Positions 50,554-64,000 of a DNA stretch of 64,000 bases are shown here, piece by piece. Numbering within the stretch: the first letter of the stretch is position 1; every line of letters begins with the position of its first letter. A program made the translations under genes and the position numbers. The DNA is from Hypanus sabinus. Its lineage: Eukaryota. The DNA lies in assembly GCF_030144855.1 (NCBI RefSeq), contig NC_082720.1:79732001-79796000 (forward strand), written 5' to 3'. The notes beneath the pieces are model-generated. The model worked only from the letters and a program-made list of their open reading frames with translations. It did not search any database and was not told the DNA's origin.

Positions 50554-53500
50554 CTTGAAGGTATGTCAAATTTGGTTAGATGGGATACGATGAAATCCTT
50601 TCTTAGGGGACAGATAATTTCATATTCATCAGGTTTAAGAAGGAAAACCAAAGTGGAACTTTTAATGATTATTAATAAAATTAGAGAGATAAATAAAGCG
50701 TATTCAGTAAGACCTAGTGAAGATCTGTATAAGGAAAGGGTTGAACTCCAAACACAGCATGATCTGCTTTTGACCTTCCCCATTGAGCAGCAGAGTTTTA
50801 AATCTAAATGTCATTTTTATATACATGGTGATAAATCAGGTAAATTGCTGGCTGGTCAGTTGAAGCCAAATATGGTCAGAAGATAAATTTTGAAAATACG
50901 TAGACCGGATAGAACTGAAACATTAGACTGTCATGAAATTAATAAGATATTTATGGATCTCTATTCTAATCTATATAAAATTGAATTCTCTGATAATACT
51001 ATCATTATGAATAGATTTTTACAAAAATTAAATGTACCTAAAATTTCTATTCAAGATATTAATACACTAGGAAACATGAGGAAATAGCTAGGGCTATATC
51101 CTCTATGCAACTAGGGAAAGCTCCGGGACCAGATGGATATACAGTGGAATTTTATAAGACCTTTACTGAAATTCTTACATCACGTCTTTGTCAAACTTTC
51201 ACTGATTCTATATCTTCTGGGAATCTTCTGAAAATTTTTTATGATGCATCAATTTCATTGATTCCTAAAAAAGGGAAAGATCTATCTGAATGTACCTCCT
51301 ATAGACCAATTTCCTTATTGAATGTGGATTTTAAAATTCTCTCTAAGATTCTGGCCAATAGGCTTGAGAATCCTTTGCCTACTGTTATTTCAAATGATCA
51401 AACTGGATTTATTAAAAATAGGTATTCACATTTTAATATTAGAAGTTTGTTAAATATTATTTATTCTCAGTTAAAGAATCTGAATGTATTGTTTCTCTCG
51501 AAGCAGGGAAAACTTTTGATAGGGTGGAATGGCCTTATTTTTTTCAGGTTTTGGAGAGATTTAATTTTGGTCCGGGATTTATTTCCTGGATCAAACTGAT
51601 CTATCAAGCCCCGATGGCTGTGGTTATAACTAACAATCAAAAATCTCCTTATTTTAGACTATATAGAGGAACCCGTCAGGGTGGTCCTCTTAGTCTTTTA
51701 TTATTTAATTTGGTTTTAGAACCACTTGCTATCGCTCTTAGGGATTCCAACTCTGTTCAGGGTATTAAGAGAGGGGATAAAGTACATAAGGTTTGGTTAT
51801 ACGCAGATGATTTATTAGTTTACATTTCAGACCCTAGGAAATCTATTCTCTCTATGTTATCCATATTTACTGAATTTAGTACTTTCTCTGGATACAAGTT
51901 AAATTTACATAAACATGAATTAATTACTATTAATAATTATTCTGATCATTATGATCAAATACCTTTTATTATTGCTAAAATTATTTTACCTATCTTGGTA
52001 TTAAAATTACTAAAAATTTTAAAGGTCTATATAAATATAATTTTCTTCCTTTAATTGAATATATACAACAAATGCTTTCCAAATGGTCACCTATGATGAT
52101 GTTGTTAATTGGTTGAATAAATGCTATAAAAATGACAATTTACCAAAATTTTTATACGTTTCAAGCTGTTCCATCCTTTGTCCTGAAAACATTTTTTGAT
52201 AGAATAGATTCTATGATCCTGTCATATATCTGGAATAATAAGAGTTCTAGAGTGAGTAAAACTTTATTGCAAAAATTAAAAAAGATGGAGGCTTGGCTTT
52301 CCCAAACTTTAGATTTTATTACTAGGCAATTAATATTTGTTATATCACTTTTTGGATTCACTGTATAGATAACCAGGACTGTCCTCAATGGTCAGACTTA
52401 GAGGAGAACTCAGTAAGGCAGTTCTCTTTGGCTTCTTTACTGGGAGTTCCTCTTCCTTTTTTGTTTTCCAGGATTGGTAGACAAGATCTTAGTCCCATTG
52501 TTGGACATAGATTAAAAATTTGGTTTCAGTTTCGCAGATTTTTTGACTTAAATAACTTTGTTCTTTCTAGTAATATCCATCTTAACTATTTTTTATAACC
52601 ATGAATTTTAGATAAGGCCTTTTTAACATGGAAAACTGAGGGAATAAAAATGTTTCTAGATTTTTTTTTAAGAGGATTGCTAAATGTCTTTTTCACAGCT
52701 AGTGGACAAATATGATTTATCTAATGCACAATTTTTTAGATATTTACAAGTCAGGAATTTTTTTATGCAATTTGTTACCGAATTACCCATTTGCTCATTT
52801 ACCAGAATGATAGATGTTATCTTTCAGCTTAAACCATTTCAAAAAGGATTGATAGCCATTGTATATAAACGGCAATTGAATTTACGAATGACATCTAATG
52901 ATAAGGTTAAACATGCTTGGGAATTGGAACTTAAAGAGTCACTTTCAGATGATCAATGGAATAAAATTTGTCATTTAGTTAACAATTCATCTATCTGTGC
53001 CCATCACTCCTTGATTCAGTTCAAGGTAGTGCACAGGGCGCATATATCAAAAGATAAACTAACGCATATTCCTTCTAATATAAATCCCACCTGTGACAGA
53101 TGAAACACTGAGGTGGCTACCTTAACTCAATATGTTTTGGTCCCACATAAAGTTAAATAATTTTTGGAGAGATGTTTTTAGAATGTTATCAAAAGTCACA
53201 GGTTTGGACCTACAACCCAATTCATTTATGGCAATCTTTGGGATTATTCCAACGGAAGCAGGAAATGCATGATAGCTTTCTCAACTTTATTGGCTTGGAG
53301 AGCTATTCTATTGTATTAGAAGGATCCCAATCCACCTACTGTTTTTTTCTGGCTGTCCTCCATTATGTTGTGTTTAAGTTTGGAGAAAATTAGGAGTCGG
53401 ACATTTGATACATCTTTGAAATTTGAGCAAATTTGGCGAACTTTTATTCAATATCTTCATATGATCTAATTTGTTTTTCTTTTAAAGTTAATTTTTTTTT

Positions 53501-53835
53501 CTCTTCTCCACAAAATTTTTAGATTTGACCAGAAGGATTTTTCCTTTTTTTAAATTGTATCCTCAAAATGGTCTGCCCAGTCCCTTTTTTTTTGTTTTAG
53601 GTTAGATTAGTGGGTTTTTCCCTCTCAATAACAGAAATTTTTGAGTTTTTTTTCTATAAGTTGTTAAGAGTTGTGGTTCTTTTTTTTCTTTATATTAGCT
53701 TAATACTATATATGATTTTGACAGTGTATATTCCTTTCTTTGTACTATTATTGAAATATGTATTTGAGATGACTTCTCCTCTGACTTGTATTTATCCGTA
53801 TTCTTTTAAATCAATAAAATAAGATTGAAAATGAA
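50554..53835 (+). mobile_element. 5'-truncated L1-clade LINE nested in CR1-B
   Basis: WDTMKSFLRG, GDKSGKLLA, KAPGPDG, YRPISLLNVD, GTRQG and YADD motifs plus C-terminal CDR; AT-rich; AATAAA at about 53813; degenerate 16-bp TSD ATAAGAAAGCCTTGGC / ATGAGTAGGCCTTGGC. Confidence 0.9.
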
Positions 53836-55637
53836 ATGAGTAGGCCTTGGCGAGTGGGATTAAGGAAAACCCAAGGCATTCTACAAGCATGTGAAGAGCA
53901 AGAGGCTAAGATGTGACAGAATAGGACCAGTCAAGTGTGACAGTGGAAAAGTGTGTATGGAACCAGAGATAGCAGAGATACTTAATGAATTCTTTGCTTC
54001 AGTATTCACTACAGAAAAGGATCTTGGTGATTGTAGGGATGACTTACAGCAGATTGAAAAGCTTGAGCATATGGACATCAAGAAAGAAGATGCTGGAGCT
54101 TTTTGAAAGCATCAAGTTGGATAAGTCTCCAGGACCAGATGAGAGGTACCCCAGCCTACTGTGGGAGTCAAGGGAGGTGATTACTGAGCCTCTGACAATG
54201 GTCTTTGCATCATCAATGGGATGGGAGAGGTTCTGGAGGATTGGACTGTTGCATATATTGTTCCCTTATTCAAGAAAGGGAGTAGAGATAGCCCAGGAAA
54301 TTATAGACCAGTGAGTCTTACTTCAGTGGTTGGAAATCTGATGGAAAAGCTCCTGAGAGGCAGGATTTATGAACATTTGGAGAGGCACAATATGATTACG
54401 AATAGTCAGCATCAAAGGCAGGTTGTGCCTTATGAGCCCAATTGAATTTTTTGAGGATGTAACAAAACACATTGATGAAGGTAGGACAGTGGATGTAGTG
54501 TATATGGATTTCAGCAAGACATTTGATAAGGTACCCCATGCAAGGCTTATTGAGAAAGTAAGGAGGCATGGGGATCCAAGGGGATCTTGCTTTGGGATCT
54601 TGCTCACAGAAGGCAAAGAGTGATTGTAGACAGGTTTTCTTCTGTATGGAGGCCAGTGACCAGTGGTGTGCCTCAGGGAACTGTTCTGGGACCCCTTCTC
54701 TTTGTGATTTTTATAAATGACACAGATGAGGAAGTGGAGGGATTGGTTAGTAAATTTGCTGATGACACAAAGGTTGGAGGTGTTGTGGATAGTGTGAAGG
54801 GCTGTCAGAGTTTACAGTGGGACATTGATAGGATGTAAAACTGGGCTGAGAAGTGGCAGATTAAGTTCAACCCAGATAAGTGTGAGGTAGTTCATTTTAG
54901 TAGGTAAAAAATGATGGCAGAATATGGCATTAATGGTAAGACTCTTGAAAGTGTGGAGTATCTGAGGGATCTTGGGTCAAAGTTGATAGGATACTCAAAG
55001 CTGGTGTGTAGGTTGACTCTGTGGTTAAGAAGGTATATGGTGCATTGGCCTTCATCAATTGTGGGATTGAGTTTAAGAGCCAAGAGGTAATGTTACAGCT
55101 AAATAGGACCCTGGTCAGACCCCACTTGGAGTACTGTGCTCAGTCACCTCACTACAGGAAGGAGGTGGAAACCATAGGATGGGTGCAGAGGAGTTTTACA
55201 AGGATGTTGCCTGGAATGGGGAGCATGCCTTATGAGAATAGGTTGAGTGAACTTGGCTTTTTCTCCATCGAGTGTCGGAGGATGAGAGGTGACCTGATAG
55301 AGGTGTATAAGATGATGAGAGGCATTGATTGTGTGGATAGTCAGAGGCTTTTTCCCAAGGCTGAAATGGCTAACATGAGAGGGCATGGTTTTAAGGTGCT
55401 TGGAAGCAGGTACAGAGGAGATGTTAGAGGTAAGTTCTTTTTATGCAGAGAGTGGTGAGTGTGTGGAATGGGCTGCTGGCAACGGTGGTGGAGGTGGATG
55501 TGATAGAGTCTTTTAAGAGGCTCCTAGATAGGAAAGATAGAGGGCTATGGATAACCCTAGGTAATTTCTAATGTAAGTACATGTTCGGCACAGCATTGTG
55601 GGCTGAAGGGCCTGTATTGTGCTGTAGGTTTTCTATG

Positions 55638-57992
55638 TTGTCATTGTGTCTTCAACTTCCCTAATATAAATGGGATTATCTGAGCACAAGGGGTTTAGTT
55701 GGGGGCAGAGTTTGTTAAGTGCATTCAGGAGGGTATTTTAAATCCATATGCAGATAGTTCAACAACAGGAGGGGCTGTACTAGACCAAGTGTTGGGTAAT
55801 GAGTCTTGTTACCTGACCAACTTTTCAATGGGTCAGTAGTTAGGGAACAGTGACCACAAGTTCCTAAGTTTTAAGATAGCTATACATAAGTATGGACTTT
55901 GTTAGAGAGTTTTAAATTAGAACAGGGCAAGTTACAAGAGCATTGGGGAGCAACCAGGGAGAATTAATAGGGTACATCTATTTTTGAGCAGGTCCAAATC
56001 TGATCCATGGAGAGTGTATAAAGACCAACTGTTCATAATACAGGACAGGTATGTTCCAGTCAAAAGGAAGGACAAGGATAGCAAGGTAGGAGAACCTTGG
56101 ATGTTCACATTGGTCATGAATTTAGTGGAGAAGAATAAGGAAATGTGGGTAAAGCTTAGAATGCCAGAACCAAACAAGCCCTTGAAGATTGAAGAGTCAG
56201 AAAAGGCTGCAAGAATAGAATTAGTGAAGAGGGGAGGGGTAAAGAAAATATCCTTGACAGGTAATATTAAAGATAACCCCAAAGGCATTCTATACATACA
56301 TAAAGAGCAAGCGGATAACCAAGGACAGGGTAGGATGACTAAAAGATAAAGGTGAGAACATTTGCTTGAGTGCGGAGGAATTGGGTGAGGTCCTGAATGA
56401 GTACATTACATCAGTATTTACCAAGGAGAAGGATATGAGGTTAGGGAGATCAGTGCTGAGTGTAGTGATATGCTAGGGCATTTCGAGGTAAAGGAGGAGT
56501 TAGTCTTGGGTCTCTTAAAAGAGCATTAAGGTGGATGTTCTCAGTGCCTGATTTGATATATCCTAGGTTATTGAGAGCAACAAGCAAAGAAGTTGCTGGA
56601 GTGTTGATTAATATTGTTATGTCCCCTCTAGCTACAGGTGAGGTCCCAGAGCACTGGAACATAGCTAATTTTATAGCATTTTGCAGGAAGGGAACTAGAA
56701 ATACTCCTAGAAGCTATAGTTGGTGAGTCTCACATCAGTGGTGGGGAAGTTGCTGAAGAGAATTCTTAGGGATATAATTTATGAGCATTTGGGAAATAAT
56801 AGCTTAATGGGGAGATCCAGCATGGCTTTGTGCAGGGCAAGTTGTCTGTAACTAACTCGATAGAGGTTTTTGACAAGGTGACTAGTGTGATGAAAGTAGA
56901 GCTGTGAATGTTGTCTACATGGATTTTCTTAAGGTGTTTGACAAGGTCCCTCATGGGAGGCTCATCCAGATTAAGATGCATGGGATACATGATGAATTGG
57001 CCATTTGGATTTGGAACTGGGTTACCCAAAGAAAGCAGAGGATAGTGGTCAAAAGACTTATCCTAGCTGGAGTTTTGTCAGTAATCTGTACAGGGACCTC
57101 TTCTGTTTGTAATGTATATTTATGACCTGGATGAAAATGTGGATCAGTAGATTAGTAAGTATGCAGATGATACAAAGATTGGTAGAGTTGTGGATAGCAC
57201 AGAAGACTGGCAAAGAGTACAACAGGATATTGATCAATTGCTGATATGGGCAGAGAAATGGAAGATGGAGTTTCACCCTGCCAAATGTGAAGTGTTACAC
57301 CTTGGCGGGTCAAATGTGATTTGTAGAGTGATCTTGGTGTCCAAATTCATAGCTTCCTGCAAGTGGTTGATAGGGTGGTTAAGAAGGCATATGAAGTGCT
57401 TGCCTTTATTAGATGGGGCATTGAGTTCAAAAGTCAGGAGGTTATATTGCAGTTTTATAAAGCTAGTTAGGCCACATCTGGAGTATTGCATACAGTTACT
57501 GTCACCCCATTATAGAGCGATGTTGGGGCTTCGGAGAGAGTGCAGAAGAGGTTTATCAGGATGCTGCATGGATGAGACGGCATGTGTTGTAATGAGAGGT
57601 TGACAAACTTAGGTTGTTTTCTCTGGAGCAATGAAGACTGAGGGGAGATCTGACAGGAATTGAAAGATCATGAGAGGCATTGATGTAGACAGACAGTATC
57701 TTTTTTCAATGTTTTAAATGTCTAATGCTAGAGGAAATGCATTTAAAGTGAGAAGAGGTCATTTCAAAGGGGGTATGACGGCCAAGTTTTTACACAGAAA
57801 GAGGAGGTAGAGGCAGAAACAATAGAGACTTTTAAGAGACATTTAGATAGACAAATGACTGAAGAATATGGAAAGATATGGACATTGTGTAGGCAGAAGA
57901 GATTAGTTAGCTATTTGATTACAAATTAATCGGTTCAACACAATATTTTGGACTGAAGGGCCTCTTCCTGTGCTGTATTATTGTTCTATGTT
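55638..57992 (+). mobile_element. Outer CR1 (CR1-A) 3' part: remainder of ORF2 and 3'UTR
   Basis: Resumes at FNFPNINW where 46744 stopped (CKYNRV); VVYMDF.KVFDKVPH, YADD and RPHLEYC motifs. Confidence 0.85.
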
Positions 57993-58289
57993 ATAAGTTG
58001 TGTCCCAACCACAAGCACCTCTCATTTGTGGTAACTCTATTTTGTTCATAGAGAATTCATTTCTTCAGTGAAAAGACCTTTGGATTTACTTCTACATGCT
58101 ATTTCTGTTGAGTTTATTCCTGGGTAGTAGTGTAGTCTAGTAAGTGGCATGTTGGCTTATTTTAATGGTTCTGCCTCTTTTTGTATGTTATCTGACATTT
58201 TGTTAAATCAAAATAATTGTCTAGTAAACAGGAAGCAACTTTTTAAATTGGATGACTCAAAGGAATCTATGGAAATACCTAACTGGATT

Positions 58290-59653
58290 AGTATAAGTCT
58301 CAGCCTGGAAAGGGTCCTGACTGTGTGGAAAACATCATGTGTGGTCCCTGTACCCAAGAAGGGCCAACCAAAAGTCTTGAATGACTACCATCCAGTGGCT
58401 CTGATCTCACACATCATGAAGAGCCTAGAGAGGCTGTTCCTGGCTCACCTCTGACCCTTGCTCAGATCAGCACACGATCCCCTGCAGTTTGCCCACCAGG
58501 AGCACATTGGAGTTGACGTTGTTGCCACCTACCTGCTGACAGGGCCTCCTCCCCATTTGGATAAGTAGGGTAGAACTATGAGGATCGTATTTTTTTTTCA
58601 TTTCTCTAGTGCCTTCAATATTATTCAGCCATTGCTGGGGGATAATCTCTGTTCATTGCAGGCTGGCACTTCCATTGTATCTTGGATAATGGACTACCTG
58701 TCTGGCAGACCACGGTTTATGCTGTAGACAGATATTGGCTCCCTTCCTGTTTACCTTGTACACCTCAGACTTTAGATACAACACTGAGTCATGTCATCTT
58801 TAGAAATTCTCTGATGACTCAGCAATAGTTGGGTGTATAAAGAGAGGACAGGAGGATGAATACAGGGCCCTGTTGGAGGACTTTGTTAAATGGTGCAAGC
58901 TGAATCATCTGCAGCTCAACATCAGTAAGTCAAAGGAGATGGTGATGGACTTTAGGAAGACAAAGCCTATGCTGCTCCCCGTTACTATTTTTGGTGAGGA
59001 TATGGATGTGGTGAGGACCTACAAGTACCTGGTGGTGCACCTGGATGACAGACTTGAGTGGAGCAAAAACACAGAAGCTATGTACAAGAAGGGCCAGAGT
59101 TGCCTCTATTTCCTGAGGAAACTGAGGTCCCTTGGAGTAAGCTGGACTCTCCTTCACATGTTCTGCCAGTACAATCTTCTATTCTATGCGGTGGTGTGTT
59201 GGGGCATTGGCATCAAGACAGGTGATACCAACAGGTTCAATAAACTGATTAGAAAGGCTAGAAAGATGAGTAAGTTATAGGAGTCAAACTGGACGAGCTA
59301 GAGACTGTGGTAGAACAAAGGACCCTATGGAAATCCTGGCAATTCTGGACAATGTTTTTCATCCTCTGCATACCACCTTGGCTGAACCGAGGGGCACTTT
59401 AAGTAATAGATTAAAACAACTGCACTGCTCCAAAGAGTGCTACGTGAAGTAATTTTTACCCTCAGCTATTAGGCTCTATAATGAGCTAACCTATTGCTGG
59501 GAAAGTGATGACCCCCTCCTGTTAGACTGTTCGAGGTATAGTATCTTTTTTATTATTTCTTATTTCTCCTGTTAATATTTGTATCTGTGCACTTGTTACG
59601 CTACTGTGACAGTCTAATTTCTGTTGGGATCAATAAAGTATCCATCTATCTAC
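58290..59653 (+). mobile_element. Rex1/Babar-clade LINE relic
   Basis: WKTSCVVPVPKK..NDYHPVAL, KFSDD and LQLNISKSKEMVMDFR motifs; AATAAAGTATC tail. Confidence 0.85.
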
Positions 59654-60939
59654 CTAAGTACACTAATTTAAACACAGGCTAATATTAGGTAGGTGAAAAG
59701 TTTAGAAAGCTAGAAATCTACCCATTGCTCCAAACTGCTTAATCTCATGAAAGCCCTTCTAGCAGCTTTTCACTTGTCTTAGAGGAGAAGTAAACAGAAA
59801 ACTATATAAGATCAGGCTTCCTGGTATCCACTTATTAGGGCCAAGAAAGTGATTCAGAAACTGGTTAAGCAAAGCAGTTGAATCACAAGTGAGTAACAGA
59901 GTGTGTTAAAATTTGTAGAGTAGAAGGCTGATAATTTTTGACCTGACATACCAGGAAAGTCATAAAAATGAGTTAAAATCTTGGTTGCTTATGTTTCAAT
60001 TAACATCATTAAGACACAACATGTATAAACAAGGACACAGCTAGTTTGTGTGTATGTACTTGCCAGTTGTTAGCATTATTAATTACTTATTAAAAGTATT
60101 GTTAAAATTGTTAAAATAATTTCAACTTCAAGCAACTCATTGCTTAATGTTCTGTAAGTACACAAGGTGTTCTTAATTGCTTAGTTGTGAAGATAAAGGT
60201 AATATTCAGTCAAGCATCCTTCACAAATGGGAATGCATTTAATGGAGCCAGGTATAAGACTTGTGTGCAATTTTTAAATTCATATTCATATTACCTTACT
60301 ATCATATACATATACCAGGTTGAAATGAAATTTCTTGCTCGCATGAAGTTCAGAGTAAATGGTATACTGGGTAGTAATAAATACAGTGAGTGTTAAGAAA
60401 CAACTAAGTGAGAGTCCAGTCTAAAGTGGTACAAAAAGAAGTGTTGAAGTGACAATAATGGAATAACTGAGAAAGATGGAATTAGGGTTTGAAAATGTGG
60501 TGGCACTACTGGGAAGGGGATGTGAAAGAGGTAATTAGTTTAGAAGTCTGATAGCAGTGGGAAAGTATTTGAGTAATAAAATAAAAAACACACTAGTATG
60601 GTTAATTATATAAAAAAATTCTACACCCCCTACCAAGGCAAAGCTGGTTTGAAAAAAACAAGAGAAAAAGAAGAGTACTTTACCATATAGTGTTTTATAA
60701 CATCAGTATGGGATACCGTGATTGTAAGCATTTTGTGCTATCTTATTTTGGTTTATAGTAAGTATCCTTGTGAACTCTGTATTTGTGTACTGTATATGAA
60801 ATTTAATAAAAATGTTGGAAAAAGAAAAGGAAAGAATTTGTTCTTGAGTTAGCTTGTCTGGGCTTTCAAGTTCCTGTATTGTCTCCCAGGTGGCAGGCAT
60901 CAGTGATGATAGGATCATATAGTCAGGTTTCCCTTAAAC

Positions 60940-61680
60940 GTTAAACATTTCACCTCTAACCTTTGACCTTCAGTTCTAGTCTCACCCTATGTCAGTGGGG
61001 AGAAAGAAACCTTCTTTCATTTACCCTATCTATACCCTTTATAATTTTGTACCCTGATCAAATCTCCCCTCTTTCTCCTGTGCTCCAAAAAATGAAGTCC
61101 TAACATATTCAACCTTGCCTTTAAATCAAGTCCCGAAATCCCAGCAACATACTTGTAAATTTTCTCTGCACTCTTTCAATCATATTGATAACTTTCTTGT
61201 AGGTAGTTGTCTAGAACTGCACACAACACTATATTTGGCTTCACCACCATCTTGTACAGCTTTAATATATCATTCCAACTCTTGTACTCACAACCTTGAT
61301 TCATGAAGGCCTGCATGCCTGAAACTTTTTATAACTCTATCTACCTGTGACATCTCTTTCAGGGAATTATGGATCTATATTGCCAGGTTGTTTTATTTTA
61401 TGGTATATTTCAGACCATTACTGTTCACTGTGTAAGTCTTACCTTGGTTTGTCCTTCCAAAGTGCAACATCTCACATTTGTCTGTATTGAATTCCAACTG
61501 CCATTTTCAGCCCATTTTCCCGGCTGGTCAAGATCATGGTGCAAATTTTAATAACTCTTTGTTGTGCACTATTCCCTCAAACTCAGTGTCATCCACAAAT
61601 TTGCTGATTCATTTTATCACAAGATCATCTGAAGCATTAATATAGACAATCAACAACAAACCCAGCACCAATCCAGTAGT
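60940..61680 (-). mobile_element. CR1 LINE relic
   Basis: Reverse complement of CR1 RT/C-terminal sequence. Confidence 0.7.
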
Positions 61681-61953
61681 TGCAACCTCCAGTCAGAATA
61701 ATGTAAACCACTTCTTGGCTTCCACTAATCTAATGATTTTTATGCTTAATTTTGTTATTTTGGTGCAAATCATATTTTTCTACAGCACTTTTGATTACTG
61801 ACTCTGTGCCAGTGCTACATCATCTGAATATACTTGATCAAGTTTTTTTTCTTGTAATTGGTGTTTTCTTTTGTTATGTTTATTTTTATTTCTTATTGCA
61901 TTTATAGTATAAAAATGTGATCTTGATAGAATCCACCTTTACAACTTCTTCAA

Positions 61954-62965
61954 TTGTGCACTTTGCACTTTGGCAGGAAAATTAATAGAACAAGTTATTA
62001 TCTAAATGGAGAGAAACTGGAAAGTGCTTCTGTGCAAAGGGATCTGGGGGTTCTGGTGCAGGAACAAAAGTTAGTATGCAAGTGCAGCAGGTGGTCAAGA
62101 AGGCCAATGGAATGCTGGCTTTTATTGCTAGGGGGATGGAGTATAAGAACAGGGAGGTCTTACTGCATTTGTACCGGGTATTGGTGAGACCACACCTGGA
62201 GTACTGCGTGCAGTTCTGGTGTCCATATTTAAGAAAGGACATACTGGCTCTTGAGGCAGTGCAGAGAAGGTTCACTAGGTTAATTCCGGGGATGGGTGGG
62301 CTGATGTATGATGAGAGGTTGAGTAGATTGGGACTCTACTCATTGGAGTTCCGAAGAATGAGAGGCGATCTTATTGAAACATATAAGATTGTGAAGGGGC
62401 TTGATTGGGTGGATGTGGAGAGAATGTTCCCAATGATGGGTGAAACTAGGACTAGGGGGCATAATCTTAAAATAAGGGGATGCAGTTCCAGGACTGAGAT
62501 GAGGAGACATTTCTTCACTCAGGTAGTGGGGCTGTGGAATTTACTGCCCAGAGCGCTGTGAAAGCTACTACACTCAATAAATTCAAAACAGAGATAGACA
62601 TTTTCCTGGATAAAAATGGCAATAGGGGATACGGTCAGCAAGCAGGTAAGTGGACATGAGGCTAGGTTTAGATCAGCCATGTGATCTCCTGGGCCAGTTT
62701 TCGATTGCCTGGATGGGTCGGGGAGGAATTTTCCAGATTTTTTCTCCTCAATTGGCAAATCGTTTTTTTTTCCCCCGGGTGATCACATGGGTTTGGGTGG
62801 GATGAATAATAAAATAAAATGGGCGGCATGGTGCCCTGTTGGTTGGCACTGTTGCCTTGTGGGATTTGGTGATAACTGGAGTTAAGATTGGATCAGCCAT
62901 GATCTTGTTAAATGGCGGAGCAGGCTTGAGGGGCCGATTGGCCTACTCCTGCTCCTATCTCTTAT
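61954..62965 (+). mobile_element. CR1 LINE 3' part, relatively young
   Basis: VKKANGML...RPHLEYCVQFW...RRMRGDLIETYKI (ORF 62076-62561) and 3'UTR. Confidence 0.9.
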
Positions 62966-63199
62966 GTGACCATAGAATTCCATTTAAAAATTGAACTTCC
63001 ATAAAATTGAGTTCAACTGATACTTTGCATTATTATAATAGTTAGGGCTACTGACAAGTTAGATGCTGCTTTTCATCCATGTAGGTCCAACCCCATTTCT
63101 TTGCTGTATTTAGCAGGTCTAGTTTACACAAGAGATATACCAAATATGCACAAGGGATTCTGCAGATGCTACAAATCCAAAGTAACTCACATAAGATGC

Positions 63200-64000
63200 T
63201 AGAAGAGTATATAAAGTATATAAAGAGTAAAAGACAGGTAAGAGTAGATATAGGACTGATAGAAAATGATGCTGGAAAAATTGTAATGGGAGATAAGGAG
63301 ATGGTGAAGGAACTGAACGAGTATTTTGCATCAGTCTTCACTGAGGAAGACATCAGCAATATACCGGACATTCAAGGGTATCAGGGAAGAGAAATATGCA
63401 CAGTCACAATTACAACAGAGAAAGTACTCAGGAAGCTGAATAGTCTAAGGGTAGATAAATCTCCTGGATCAGATGGAATGCACCCCCGTGTTCTGAAGGA
63501 AGTAGTAGTGGAGATTGCAGAGGCATTAGCAATGATATTTCAAAAGTCGATAGATTCTGGCCTGGTTCCGGAGGACTGGAAGATTGCAAATGTCACTCCG
63601 CTATTTAAGAAGGGGGCAAGGAAGCAAAAAGGAAATTATAGACCTGTTAGCTTGACATCAGTGGTTGGGAAGTTGTTAGAGTCAATTGTCAAGGATGAGG
63701 TTATGGAGTACCTGGAGGCATATGACAAGATAGGCAAAACTCAGCATGGTTTCCTTAAAGGAAAATCCTGCCTGACAAACCTAGTGCAATTTTTTGAGGA
63801 AATTACAAGTAGGCTAGACAAGGGAGATGCAGTGGATGTTGTGTATTTGGATTTTCAGAAGGCCTTTGACAAGCTGCCACACATGATGCTGCTAAACAAG
63901 ATAAGAGCCCATGGAATTACAGGAAAGTTACATATGTGGATAGAGCATTGGTTGATTGGCAGGAAGCAGAGAATGGGAATAAAGGGATCCTATTCTGGTT
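63200..64000 (+). mobile_element. CR1 LINE RT region, continuing past the window end
   Basis: LNEYFASVFT, DKSPG.DGMHPRVL, NYRPVSLTSVVGK and VYLDFQKAFDK read on the plus strand. Confidence 0.9.

Larger units (their letters stand above)
46745..55637 (+). mobile_element. Near full-length CR1 LINE (CR1-B): 5'UTR, SGNH-esterase ORF1, EN-RT ORF2, 3' tail; carries two nested insertions
   Basis: VIGDS, HIGTNN and DGLHLN (ORF1); CVYFNARSI..DVVAIAETW, SDH, SGVPQG..KFADDTK and RPHLEYC (ORF2); ttctatg tail. Confidence 0.9.

Overview
Vertebrate genomic DNA, most likely a cartilaginous fish (inferred from the CR1/Rex-Babar/Penelope repeat landscape; species not determinable). It holds two head-to-head GABA-A receptor subunit genes. 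GABRA6 is on the minus strand (coding exons 1-8, 18175 down to 909; the last exon lies outside the window). GABRB2 is on the plus strand (coding exons 1-3, 26665-27697, then a large TE-filled intron 3 that runs off the window). The main observation is a tandem pair of intact 153-nt copies of the GABRA6 exon encoding beta10/pre-M1/M1/start of M2 (7A 2430-2582 and 7B 2192-2344). The copies are separated by an 85-nt YCAY-rich intron and fed by a non-canonical GC donor, so they are a candidate ancient mutually exclusive splicing switch that changes channel-gating residues. The rest is transposon-derived: many CR1 and Rex/Babar LINE relics, a full-length IR/DR Tc1, hAT elements with 8-bp TSDs, a solo LTR, an L1-clade LINE, a Penelope-type hammerhead relic, a 42-bp minisatellite and a multi-level nested insertion at about 44.4-58 kb. 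Exon boundaries and TIR/TSD coordinates were read by hand; LINE relic boundaries are approximate.
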